Positions 52,682-64,000 of a stretch of 64,000 nt of DNA are shown here, one piece after another. The notes below the pieces were generated by a model. It was not told the DNA's origin. It searched no databases and saw nothing but the letters and a program-made list of their open reading frames with translations. Made by a program: the position numbers and the translations under genes. Position 1 is the stretch's first letter; the number at the start of each line of letters is the position of its first letter. Source of the stretch: an uncultured Gammaproteobacteria bacterium (lineage in GTDB: Bacteria > Pseudomonadota > Gammaproteobacteria > Xanthomonadales > SZUA-36); assembly GCA_963708905.1 (NCBI GenBank), contig CAVPUV010000068.1, positions 3,580 through 67,579 on the forward strand. The letters run 5' to 3'.

Positions 52682-54092
52682 AGGGTGCGATTCAAACTGA
52701 TGTTGTCCTTCAAGCCGCCTTTCTGACTTGATTCCAATAATTGTCCCATTGCCCGTTTGCCCGGTTCAGACGCAAGGCCAGCATATGCTCGGCGTTTTCG
52801 GCACACCACCAGGATCCCGGTAGCTTGAGCCGTTTCTGCACAACGTAGCGATGCGCGCTCTCAATTTCACCCGAGCCAATCGGCAAACCCCTGGCCAAGG
52901 CGCCAGGGTAGTCGAGTTGATCTGTTCGGCGACTCAGGTAGCGGTGGCAAGAGCGCACCGGCGCTTCGCTATCGGCAACATCATCCGCCTCAAGGTGCAC
53001 CCGCAACGACTCGATGACTCCGCCACACTGCCCGGCCTTGAGGCGTTCCTTCTGTTGGTTTAACCACATCCTGGATGCGTCCGCATCCCTATGGATAGCC
53101 GTTGCTGCCGCGCTCAGGTAATCGCAGACATGGTAGCAGTCGACCAGATAGGTGCCCCGGCTGCCGAAGCGCTCATCCACTTGCAGCGCAATCCACTCGG
53201 CTCCATCCCCGACGGCGTGAATCTCGCTGCCCGTCCCGAAACCGGCGGAGCGGGCGCAGCCGAACAGGTGCTTTCCCGCCTCCGCAACGTCGCCGCGCAG
53301 CGTTCCCCCGTAGCGCAATGTTGTGCTGCCCGCCTCGTGCGCCAAGCAAAGCTTGGCTTCCTTCCACTGCAATGTCTTGCCGCGGCGACGATCTTTTTGC
53401 GTCGCATCCGCTTCGACTATCGGCACCATGCCACCATCCATTTCGGCAACCACCCGCTGACATCCCTCTTCACTGGGCCAGCTCTCATCAACAACGGCCG
53501 CCGCAAAAATGGTTTGCGCGTGCTTCTCGGTCACCCGCCGTATCGTGCTCTCGGGCAGAAGGACCCCGTAATGCTCGACCAGCTTGTCCTCAACCCGGGC
53601 GAAGGCAACATCGGCTGCAAAATCCGTCACCACCCGCTGCAAAGGCCGAGAACAGCCGCGATTTCTCACCTTGGCACGTCCGACAAAGGGGCGGATACGC
53701 TTGCTCCCTTGCCGATATTGCACCTCTTCTACGGCAATTTCGCCGAAGGTACTGTGCCAGCGAAGTTTTTTTTACCCTCCCGCCACATCTGGCTTTCGCC
53801 CGCGACGCTCGCCGAAGCCTTGACCGCTTGCCCGCTCGCCCAGGCTTGCAGCGACTCCTGCCCCATCCGCCTCATCTCCTCGATAAGCCGCATCTCCGCC
53901 GCGTCAGCCTCTTGCAGGTTTCCCATCTCGTCATCGACAACCAGCAGCATCGATTCAACACGGCTTCGAAGCTCGGGATGCCCGTTCAGCCGTTCAACCA
54001 ATGCTTCGTCACTCATTCCCATGGCGCTCTCCTCTCAACAGCTCAGCCGGTAAACTCCTGCGATTATCCCACATCAGTTTGAATCGCACCCT
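52682..54092 (-). mobile_element. ISKra4-family IS element (1411 bp)
   Basis: Perfect 22-bp terminal inverted repeats: AGGGTGCGATTCAAACTGATGT at 52682-52703, with its reverse complement at 54071-54092. The left end directly abuts IS element A. Confidence 0.8.
52710..54022 (-). pseudogene. ISKra4-type transposase in two frames (OrfA 97 aa + -1 frame continuation)
   Basis: The upstream frame ends ...WREGKKNFAGTVPSAKLP*. The -1 frame continues GKKKLRWHSTFGEIAVEEVQYRQGSKRIRPF... to 52710. The shift site is an A8 run (T8 at 53766-53773) containing A_AAA_AAC in the zero frame. Confidence 0.7.
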
Positions 54093-54166
54093 CTGAAAAT
54101 TGGGTTGACAAGCTTGGGTCTGAAAAACAGAGTAATTTAACTCCCGGTCAAAACGCAGTGGCCAAG

Positions 54167-54175
54167 TTATCCACA
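54167..54175 (+). promoter_or_regulatory. consensus DnaA box in the dnaA promoter region
   Basis: TTATCCACA is a perfect 9-mer, 153 nt upstream of the dnaA ATG. A TTGACA hexamer lies at 54105-54110, 13 nt from the IS end. Confidence 0.55.
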
Positions 54176-54327
54176 GCGGGTTAGACTAGGGCAGCTCTGA
54201 ACCATTATGCGCTTGGAGCTTCCCAGGGTAGCCCCTGATGAATTCCTCGATATCTCTGGCCGACAGGGGGCTCGCAGGTCGAAGCGGCTTCCCTATAACC
54301 AGAAACCTGCACAGACTAATCCCAGGA

Positions 54328-55632
54328 ATGGCGCATAACCACTGGCAAACCTGTTTGACTTATCTGGAGCGAGAGCTCCCGGCTGAAGATTTCAATACCT
54401 GGATTCGCCCCTTGCAACCCAGGAGCGCAAAGGGACAAACAGCGCTATTGGCTCCGAATGCGTATGTGCGCGATTACATTGCACTCAACCACCTGGAGCG
54501 CATCCGTGACGTTTTCGAGCATCTTGGTGCGGCTCGCGATACAGTCACGGTCGAAGTGTCTGCCAGCAGAGATCCTGCCCGCGCCGTTGGCGTCACGGCA
54601 CGCAAGCAACATGATACGAGCCTCGACACACGCTATCGTTTCAATAACTTCGTCCAAGGCAAATCCAATGAACTGGCTTTTGCCGCCACACAACAGGTAG
54701 CACAGAAACCTGGGCAGACCTACAACCCGTTGCTGCTTTATGGCGGCACCGGTCTGGGTAAAACCCACCTGCTGCACGCAGCAGGTAATCTGATCCATGA
54801 GCAAAATCGCGAGTCCCGAGTGCTGTATCTGCACTCCGAACGTTTCGTAAGCGAAATGATTCAGGCGCTGAGGCACGACAGCATTGAGGCGTTCAAGCAA
54901 CATTATCGTACGGCCGGCGCCTTACTGATTGACGATATTCAGTTTTTTGCTGGAAAGGACCGCACCCAGGAAGAGTTCTTCCATACGTTCAATGCCTTGT
55001 TGGATAGCAAACAGCAAATCATCCTCACCTGCGACCGTTATCCGAAAGAGGTCGTAGGCCTGGAGGCCAGGCTTCGTTCCCGTTTTGGCTGGGGCCTCAC
55101 GGTCGCTATCGAACCGCCTGATTTCGAAACGCGTGTGGCGATTCTCATGAACAAAGCACAGGAACGTGGCTTGATATTGGATGAAGCGGTGGCTTTTCTG
55201 ATCGCCAAGCGTATGCGCTCAAATGTGCGCGACCTGGAGGGTGCCCTGAACACCTTGTGCGCCAATGCACGTTTTTCCGGACGACCGATCACGGAAGCGT
55301 TTGCGCAAGAAGTTCTCCGCGACCTGTTATTGGTGCATGATCGCTTGATTACGCTGGAGAATACGCAAAGAACCGTGGCGGAATATTACAAGATGAAAGT
55401 TTCAGACCTGCTTTCACCACGACGCACAAGAGCCATTGCCAGACCAAGACAAATGGCAATGGCCTTATGCAAAGAGCTTACCGAGCACAGCCTGCCCGAA
55501 ATTGGTAATGCTTTTGGCGGTCGGGACCATACCACGGTACTGCACGCTTGTCGTAGAATTGAAGAGTTATGCGCCACTGATAGCCGCCTTCGCGAAGACA
55601 AGGCCAAGTTGCTTCGTTTGCTGACTGCTTGA
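54328..55632 (+). CDS. dnaA: chromosomal replication initiator DnaA
   Basis: Start ATG 54328 (MAHNHWQTCLTYLERELPAEDFNTWIRPLQ). Walker A GGTGLGKTHLLHA. C-terminal DNA-binding signature GGRDHTTVLHACRRI. Confidence 0.9.
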   Translation: MAHNHWQTCLTYLERELPAEDFNTWIRPLQPRSAKGQTALLAPNAYVRDYIALNHLERIRDVFEHLGAARDTVTVEVSASRDPARAVGVTARKQHDTSLDTRYRFNNFVQGKSNELAFAATQQVAQKPGQTYNPLLLYGGTGLGKTHLLHAAGNLIHEQNRESRVLYLHSERFVSEMIQALRHDSIEAFKQHYRTAGALLIDDIQFFAGKDRTQEEFFHTFNALLDSKQQIILTCDRYPKEVVGLEARLRSRFGWGLTVAIEPPDFETRVAILMNKAQERGLILDEAVAFLIAKRMRSNVRDLEGALNTLCANARFSGRPITEAFAQEVLRDLLLVHDRLITLENTQRTVAEYYKMKVSDLLSPRRTRAIARPRQMAMALCKELTEHSLPEIGNAFGGRDHTTVLHACRRIEELCATDSRLREDKAKLLRLLTA

Positions 55633-55639
55633 GTGAGTA

Positions 55640-55869
55640 TAAGTCTGTGGCACAAATCTGAACAACTTGTGGATAAGCCGGTAAAAAAGTGGAATGCTCT
55701 GCTTATCCACAAGCTGTCAACAAAGCACAATGCTGGTTCCTGACAAGCTTATAAAGCAGTAACATATTGAAAGTTTTAGATAAATTTGGATTTAGGGCTT
55801 TATCCACAGGACCTATTACTACTACTGTTCTTATATATTATATAAATAATTACTAATAGGGATGCAGTC
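55640..55869. other. candidate oriC (DnaA-box cluster + AT-rich unwinding region) in the dnaA-dnaN spacer
   Basis: Three perfect boxes: TGTGGATAA at 55668-55676 (reverse), TTATCCACA at 55703-55711 and at 55800-55808. AT-rich stretch TTCTTATATATTATATAAATAATTACTAATA at 55828-55858. Possible dnaN promoter CTGACA-17 nt-CATATT at 55740-55768. Confidence 0.55.
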
Positions 55870-56973
55870 ATGAAATTCAGTATCAAGAGAGAAACTTTCC
55901 TGCAGCCATTGACCCAAGTCATCGGCGTGGTGGAGCGCAGGCAGACTTTGCCTGTTCTTGCCAACTTCCTCTTTCAGGCTCAGTCCAATGGCAAGCTTTC
56001 CATAACCGGTACGGATATGGAAGTCGAGTTGATCGCGACCGTAGAAGCCACGGTTGAACGAGAAGGCGAAGTTACCGTACCGGCGCGGAAATTGCTGGAC
56101 ATTGTGCGCATGCTTCCGGACAGTGTTGAGATCTCTGTCAACCTGGAGGGTGACAAGCTAACCATCTCTTCCGGCAGAAGCCGCTACACACTGGCCACCC
56201 TGCCGGCCACAGATTTCCCTGCGACCGATCAGTTCGAGACCATAGAAAACATTGAACTGAGAGAAGACAGGCTTAAAAGGCTGTTGGACAAGACCGCATT
56301 TGCCATGGCAAACCAGGATGTTAGGTATTACCTGAATGGCCTGCTGTTCGAATTCAAAGACGGCGTATTGCGCACGGTAGCAACCGATGGGCATCGCTTG
56401 GCGGTGTGCGATCTTGATGATGCTGTCAACCTTAAACAGAACCGGCAGATCATAGTTCCGCGCAAAGGAGTAATGGAGCTATCGCGCATGTTGAATGACA
56501 GCAAAGATATGGTGCGCTTGGGCTTGGGGAAAAATCATGTGCGTTTGCAAAAAGGCACCATTGCGCTTACTTCCAAACTGATTGATGGCCGTTTCCCGGA
56601 CTACCAGGCGGTCATCCCGGTCGGAACGGATCGGAAGATCGAGGTAGATAGGGGAGACTTTACTGTGGCTTTGCAGCGCGCCGCTATTCTTTCCAATGAA
56701 AAATACAAAGGCGTGCGCTTGGAAGCAGCAGGAAATTTGTTGAAAATTATTGCTCACAATCCTCAGCACGAGGAGGCCGTGGAAGTACTGGAAGCCAAAA
56801 TGAATTTTGATCAACTGGCCATCGGTTTTAACGTTTTATATCTTCTTGATGCCTTGAGCGCGATAGAGTCCGAGGAGATCAGTATGGAAATGCGTGATGC
56901 CAACAGCAGTTGCTTGATTACAGCCGCAGGCGGTGGGGACGACCGCCACGTGGTGATGCCATTGAAGCTTTAA
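55870..56973 (+). CDS. dnaN: DNA polymerase III beta sliding clamp
   Basis: 367 aa. MKFSIKRETFLQPLTQV start, three-domain length, conserved position after dnaA. Confidence 0.95.
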   Translation: MKFSIKRETFLQPLTQVIGVVERRQTLPVLANFLFQAQSNGKLSITGTDMEVELIATVEATVEREGEVTVPARKLLDIVRMLPDSVEISVNLEGDKLTISSGRSRYTLATLPATDFPATDQFETIENIELREDRLKRLLDKTAFAMANQDVRYYLNGLLFEFKDGVLRTVATDGHRLAVCDLDDAVNLKQNRQIIVPRKGVMELSRMLNDSKDMVRLGLGKNHVRLQKGTIALTSKLIDGRFPDYQAVIPVGTDRKIEVDRGDFTVALQRAAILSNEKYKGVRLEAAGNLLKIIAHNPQHEEAVEVLEAKMNFDQLAIGFNVLYLLDALSAIESEEISMEMRDANSSCLITAAGGGDDRHVVMPLKL

Positions 56974-57099
56974 CTCACCTATTGTTCAAAGCCAGGCCAC
57001 GCAGCAAGCCTCGGATCCTTCATCCCATATGCAGCTTAAGAGGATGATGGTGCCAGGGCTCCTGCTTCGTTACGATCATGGCTGTGTATCAACACTTTC

Positions 57100-58161
57100 T
57101 TGCACATAGTCTCCCTTCGCATCGAAAACTTTCGCAACTTGAGAAACGTTGCAATCAAGCTGCACCCGCGGCTCAATTTTTTCTTCGGCGCTAACGGTGC
57201 AGGAAAGACCAGCTTGTTGGAGGCCTTGGTGGTGCTTTCTCGCGGGAAATCTTTTAAAACAACTCGCGCAGAGGAATTGAGCGGCAAGGAAACCGGGGCG
57301 TTCCGAATTTTTTCGGAGTCCCAGATGCACTCAGGGCGGATACATAAGCTGGGACTGGAACGAAGCGGAGCCCATTGGAAAGCCCGCAAGGATGGGCAGG
57401 ATCTGTCGTTGTTGAGTACCCTGACCCGCCATTTACCCCTGGTGCTGATGGAGCCCAACAGTCATTTACTGATCAGCGGATCGCCGGATGGCAGGCGCCG
57501 CTTTCTTGATTGGGGTGTGTTTCACGTGGAACCGGCCTTTCTGGACAAGTGGCGCCGCTATTCGCGCACGTTAAAACAACGCAACGCGGCGTTGCGTGAT
57601 AGGAATGTTCGCGTGCTGGACACCCTGGATGCATTGTCGGCCAAGTTGGGAGAGCAGCTAAATGCCTTTCGTGTAGCGTATTTTGAGCAGCTTGTCTTCG
57701 CTTTCACCGAGGAGGTTAACGCGGGTGCGTCGGAACTAAAGGGCGTGACTCTGGAGTATCACCCTGGCTGGAAAGGAAATTCCCTGCTTGAAGCTTTAAG
57801 CAGATCACGCAAGCGGGACCTGGAACAGGGCTCTACCAGCCAGGGGCCACATCGGGCCGATATCGTACTGACCAAAGAACAAAGGCCAATCCGCACTTTG
57901 TTGTCGCGCGGTGAGCAGAAAAGCTTCGCAGCAAGCTTGTTGTTGACACAGGCGCGGCTGTTGGCCTCCCGAGGTGAACCCCCGGTGGTTCTGCTGGATG
58001 ATCTCGCCTCCGAATTTGACCGGCAACACGTCGAGTCTGTGCTCGAAAGCGCCCTAGACTGTGGGGGCCAGGTCTGGGTGAGTGGCACCGCGGCACCCAC
58101 ATTCACCAGAGGACATACAGCGTTTCACGTGGAACACGGCGCGGTACGGGAACTGGTATAA
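57100..58161 (+). CDS. recF: DNA replication/repair protein RecF
   Basis: TTG start. LRIENFRNL..FFFGANGAGKTSLLEAL Walker A. LLDDLASEFD Walker B-like region. Confidence 0.9.
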   Translation: MHIVSLRIENFRNLRNVAIKLHPRLNFFFGANGAGKTSLLEALVVLSRGKSFKTTRAEELSGKETGAFRIFSESQMHSGRIHKLGLERSGAHWKARKDGQDLSLLSTLTRHLPLVLMEPNSHLLISGSPDGRRRFLDWGVFHVEPAFLDKWRRYSRTLKQRNAALRDRNVRVLDTLDALSAKLGEQLNAFRVAYFEQLVFAFTEEVNAGASELKGVTLEYHPGWKGNSLLEALSRSRKRDLEQGSTSQGPHRADIVLTKEQRPIRTLLSRGEQKSFAASLLLTQARLLASRGEPPVVLLDDLASEFDRQHVESVLESALDCGGQVWVSGTAAPTFTRGHTAFHVEHGAVRELV

Positions 58162-58280
58162 TCCGCGCTGACCTCCAAACCTTGCGCGCTGTTCCTGCCC
58201 GGCCATCTCGCGGTTGAAGAACAAACCCGGGTTAACCCGTAACATCAATGATTTATAGGCCAAAACCAGGGGCTGGATAG

Positions 58281-60686
<2,406 letters not shown>

Positions 60687-60733
60687 CACAGGGCTCCAGC
60701 AAAACAGGCCGATTCAGCAGGGCCGCGCGTGTG

Positions 60734-61213
60734 TCACGAGTCAAAGACTCCTGCCCCCTGGTCGTTCAATTCGTTGAGTTTGTGCACCAGATCGTGATCA
60801 TGGTCCAGCAAGGTGGTCTCCAAGCCCAGTTTTTGCCCGGCCTTGATGAAATTACGTTTGGAGCTCAGCAGTACAGCATGCTCCGGCTTGATGGCGTAAC
60901 GTTGCAAGATATCGCGTAGTGCGTCCTTGCGATTGCGTTTCTGCGTTAGCATTGAGCGCCGGACATAGTACACCCCATCCAATACGCCGCCTGCGTCTGA
61001 GATGCGCTTACGGATGCTGTTTGGTCCGAGAAGCGCATCATCCGGACTGCCGTGTTCGCCGGTCCATTGATCTGGTTGAGGTGCGGTCGCCAGCAAGTGG
61101 TAGCCCAGCCGCGTGAGCGCGGCGAGCAGACGGAAAGCCTTATCCCCTGAGTCGCCGCTCATCACGCTGAGGATGTCATCGCGACTGATCAATAGTAAAC
61201 GAATGTTTGGCAT
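60734..61213 (-). CDS. GmhB-like HAD-fold protein with substituted catalytic motifs (probable pseudo-phosphatase)
   Basis: 159 aa in the conserved glyQS-gmhB position. Alignable with E. coli GmhB as remembered: LLLISRDDIL vs IFLDRDGTIN, LLATAPQPD vs VVVTNQSGI, LDGVYYV vs LDGIYYCPHHP. The nucleophile Asp, the TNQSG motif, the Zn cysteines and the GDxxxD motif are all replaced. Confidence 0.5.
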   Translation of the reverse strand: MPNIRLLLISRDDILSVMSGDSGDKAFRLLAALTRLGYHLLATAPQPDQWTGEHGSPDDALLGPNSIRKRISDAGGVLDGVYYVRRSMLTQKRNRKDALRDILQRYAIKPEHAVLLSSKRNFIKAGQKLGLETTLLDHDHDLVHKLNELNDQGAGVFDS

Positions 61214-61216
61214 GGT

Positions 61217-63328
61217 CTATCCCAACACCGACAGATCTGCAATCTGGTCAAATAGGGCTTTCAGCCGGAACAGCAACGCCAGGCGGTTGCGCCGTAGCCC
61301 GGCATCCTCGTCCATGACCATAACCGCCTCAAAAAAACGGTCCACACAGGGACGAAGTTGCGACAGAAGATCCAGACTGGCGACATAATTGCTCTGAGCC
61401 AATAAAGGTTCGAGGGCTTTTTCCGAGCGTACAATATCGGCGAAAAGCCGCTTTTCCTCGGTTATAATGAGCCTATCTTCCTTAATACTGGTATTAATTT
61501 CTGATTCCGACTTACGCAGGATATTGCCTATTCGTTTGTTCGCCGCCGCCAGGCTCAAACCAGAGTCCAGACCCAGGAAGCTGGACAATGCCTGGAGCCG
61601 TGCCTGCAAGTCCGGAAACGTGACCCAGGCAGAGGACATGGCGGCAGTCACCATTTCTGAGCTGTGTCCGGCATCGCGGAAGTACTGCCTGCCGCGTTCA
61701 TTGATGAACTCTCGCACCTCAGCCAACAGAACGGGATCTGCTTCAGTGCCTTGGGCAGCCAATTCGTTGGCAGCCACAGCCAGCAAAAAAGGCAGCGTGA
61801 TTTCCAGCCGGGCTTCCAGCAGAATCCGCACCAATCCCAGCGCGCACCGGCGCAAAGCAAAGGGATCTTTGTTGCCGCTGGGCCGCGAACCAGCGGCGAA
61901 GATCGCAACCAGAGTGTCAACACGGTCGGCCAGACCGACAAGCTGTCCGGCAGCGCTCGCCGGTATGGTGTCGCCGGCGAAGCGGGGCAGGTAGTGTTGT
62001 TCGATGGCTTCGGCAATGGCGACGGACTCTCCGGAGTGAAGAGCGTAATGGCGCCCCATGGTGCCTTGCAGTTGTGGAAACTCACCCACCATTTGTGTCA
62101 TCAGATCGCACTTGGCCAGACGTGCCGCGCGTTCAATGGTATTTTCATCCAGGGACATGAATTTCGCTAATTTCCGCGAAATAGCAGCTATTCTTCTGGA
62201 TTTGTCACCAATAGAACCGATTTGCTTCTGGAATATTACGCCATCCAGGGCCGGTAAAAAACCCTCCAGGGCATGCTTCCGGTCCTGCTCCAGAAAAAAA
62301 CGAGCATCCGCCAGACGCGGCCGGATCACCCGTTCAAAACCCTCCCGTACCCGTGCGACATCCGCGGAGTCAAGGTTGGCTACGGCGACAAACCGCTTAC
62401 TTACCGCAGATGAGGCGGGTGCGGCTTGTATGGGAAAAAATCGCTGGTGATCCTGCATGCTGGCAACCAGGGCCTCGTGGGGCACAGAAAGAAAAGACTC
62501 ATCGAAGGCGCACTCGATTGCGACCGGCCATTCAACCAGATTGCTCACTTCGGAAAGCAATGCAGGATCGATCCGGATGGCCGGGTCTATCGCCAGCAAT
62601 TGCTTGCGGATGGCCGCCTTGCGCTGGTCCTGATCTGCCAGTACATGAGCTTTTTTCAGCACTTCGAGATAGTCGCTCGCCCCGGACAAGGCGTGTGGAC
62701 CCGGCGCGTGAATACGATGACCCCATGTTTGATTACCGGCAAGCTGTCCCAGCAGTGATCCATGAAGCACTCTGTTGCCGTGCATGACAATCAGCCAATG
62801 CACCGGCCGGACGAAACTGAATTCGTGGTGTGACCAACGCATGGGTCTGGGAACAGGTAACTGGCGGACAGCTTGTTCCAGAATCGGGAAGATCAGTTGG
62901 TCGAGCGGCTTTCCCGCTACGCGTATCCTGGCGACCAGCCAATCACCTTTGTCGGTCGTGAGGGTTTCAAGCTGCTGCACTTCCATGTTGACCGAGCGTG
63001 CAAAACCGAGGGCCGCAGCGCTTGGCCGGCCCTCCGGACCAAAAGCCACCGCCAGAGCAGGCCCGCGCCGTTCCTGATCCTGGTCTGGCTGCTGCAACGC
63101 TACCGAACTGAACAACAGGGCCAGTCGTCGGGGCGCCGAATAGGCGCGGCTGGTGGTTATATCAAAGCTGATGCTGTCGCGTTCCAGCCCGGCGCTTACG
63201 GCGCCAAACAATGCGTCGCGCAGCTCATCCAGGGCCTTGGGAGGCAATTCTTCGCAGCCGATTTCGACCAACAGGTGATTCGTTTTCTTCAGCGCTTTTT
63301 CCGCCACAGGCTTCAGTTCATCAGTCAT
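61217..63328 (-). CDS. glyS: glycine--tRNA ligase beta subunit
   Basis: 703 aa. [16 protein letters not shown]-terminus typical of GlyS. The start overlaps the glyQ stop by 8 nt. Confidence 0.9.
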   Translation of the reverse strand: MTDELKPVAEKALKKTNHLLVEIGCEELPPKALDELRDALFGAVSAGLERDSISFDITTSRAYSAPRRLALLFSSVALQQPDQDQERRGPALAVAFGPEGRPSAAALGFARSVNMEVQQLETLTTDKGDWLVARIRVAGKPLDQLIFPILEQAVRQLPVPRPMRWSHHEFSFVRPVHWLIVMHGNRVLHGSLLGQLAGNQTWGHRIHAPGPHALSGASDYLEVLKKAHVLADQDQRKAAIRKQLLAIDPAIRIDPALLSEVSNLVEWPVAIECAFDESFLSVPHEALVASMQDHQRFFPIQAAPASSAVSKRFVAVANLDSADVARVREGFERVIRPRLADARFFLEQDRKHALEGFLPALDGVIFQKQIGSIGDKSRRIAAISRKLAKFMSLDENTIERAARLAKCDLMTQMVGEFPQLQGTMGRHYALHSGESVAIAEAIEQHYLPRFAGDTIPASAAGQLVGLADRVDTLVAIFAAGSRPSGNKDPFALRRCALGLVRILLEARLEITLPFLLAVAANELAAQGTEADPVLLAEVREFINERGRQYFRDAGHSSEMVTAAMSSAWVTFPDLQARLQALSSFLGLDSGLSLAAANKRIGNILRKSESEINTSIKEDRLIITEEKRLFADIVRSEKALEPLLAQSNYVASLDLLSQLRPCVDRFFEAVMVMDEDAGLRRNRLALLFRLKALFDQIADLSVLG

Positions 63329-64000
63329 GGCGGTCGGCCTTCAGCCCCGGGAAACCAAGCGCCTCGCGCCGCTTGAAGTAACTTTCGGCGACACGGCGCG
63401 CCACGTCGCGCACGCGCAGGATGTAACGCTGGCGTTCCGTGACGGAGATCGCGTGGCGGGCATCAAGCAAATTGAACGTGTGAGAAGCTTTCAATACCTG
63501 TTCATAGGCAGGCAAGGGCAGGGCCAGTTCCACCAGCTTTTGCGCTTCGCTTTCGCAGGTGTCGAACCAGGCGAACAGGGCCGCGACATTGGCATGGTCA
63601 AAATTATAGTGTGACTGTTCTATCTCGTTTTGCAGGAACACCTCGCCATAAGTGACGGTGCGGCCACCAACGTCGGTCCACACCAGATCGAATACGCTGT
63701 CCACGCCCTGCAGGTACATCGCCAGGCGTTCGGTACCATAGGTGATTTCACCCAGTACAGGCCGGCATTCCAGGCCGCCCGTTTGCTGGAAATAAGTGAA
63801 CTGGGTCACTTCCATACCATTAAGCCAAACCTCCCAGCCCAATCCCCACGCGCCCAGAGTCGGAGATTCCCAGTTGTCCTCAACAAAACGAATATCATGC
63901 ACGCAGGGGTCGATGCCCACCGCGGCAAGGGAGTCCAAATACAAGGCCTGGATGTTTTCGGGCGATGGTTTCATCACCACCTGATACTGGTAGTAGTGCT
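63321..64000 (-). CDS. glyQ: glycine--tRNA ligase alpha subunit (5' end outside the window)
   Basis: [24 protein letters not shown]...[21 protein letters not shown] is collinear with E. coli GlyQ residues from about 95 onward. The frame is open to the window edge. Confidence 0.9.
   Translation of the reverse strand, partial: HYYQYQVVMKPSPENIQALYLDSLAAVGIDPCVHDIRFVEDNWESPTLGAWGLGWEVWLNGMEVTQFTYFQQTGGLECRPVLGEITYGTERLAMYLQGVDSVFDLVWTDVGGRTVTYGEVFLQNEIEQSHYNFDHANVAALFAWFDTCESEAQKLVELALPLPAYEQVLKASHTFNLLDARHAISVTERQRYILRVRDVARRVAESYFKRREALGFPGLKADRHD

Overview
This is a high-GC proteobacterial chromosome segment, most likely gammaproteobacterial: it has E. coli-like gltBD, gabD and thrABC. It covers the replication-origin neighbourhood (mnmE-yidC-rnpA-rpmH // dnaA-dnaN-recF-gyrB, then gmhB-like-glyS-glyQ on the other strand). 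No rRNA, tRNA, CRISPR or recognisable defence genes were seen. The left 40 kb is dominated by 2-oxoacid / ferredoxin / NAD(P)H / glutamate metabolism. It holds a fused alpha-beta 2-oxoacid:ferredoxin oxidoreductase (OFOR) chained to NfnAB-type genes. It also holds two complete glutamate synthase operons of different lineages about 2 kb apart, the second next to an IS1380 remnant. Further along are a KorAB 2-oxoglutarate oxidoreductase preceded by a GltD-like/ferredoxin fusion, gabD, and asnB welded to thrABC by overlapping stop/start codons. A DsrE2-TusA-rhodanese sulfur-relay cluster with a BigR/SqrR-like two-cysteine ArsR regulator sits next to mnmE. Structure not explained by genes: (1) a 156-nt AT-rich array of five different, perfectly paired hairpins packed back to back immediately after arfB; (2) two inverted copies of an 85-bp palindromic MITE/REP-like element, where one supplies the stop codon of an ABC1 kinase gene and the other separates a BaiN/YhiN flavoprotein gene from its start codon (in-silico excision of 86 bp restores TTG-MKIDTIIIGAGAAG); (3) a 29-bp perfect inverted repeat element in a convergent intergenic region; (4) a decahaem OmcA/MtrC-like cytochrome gene broken by three frameshifts; (5) two directly abutting IS elements (3.4 kb) inside the normally compact rpmH-dnaA spacer, both with frameshifted transposases, one at an in-frame A_AAA_AAC slippery heptamer; (6) the DnaA-box cluster plus AT-rich stretch (candidate oriC) lies in the dnaA-dnaN spacer. 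All functional calls rest on motif recognition from translated ORFs and on memory of protein families. No database search was possible.
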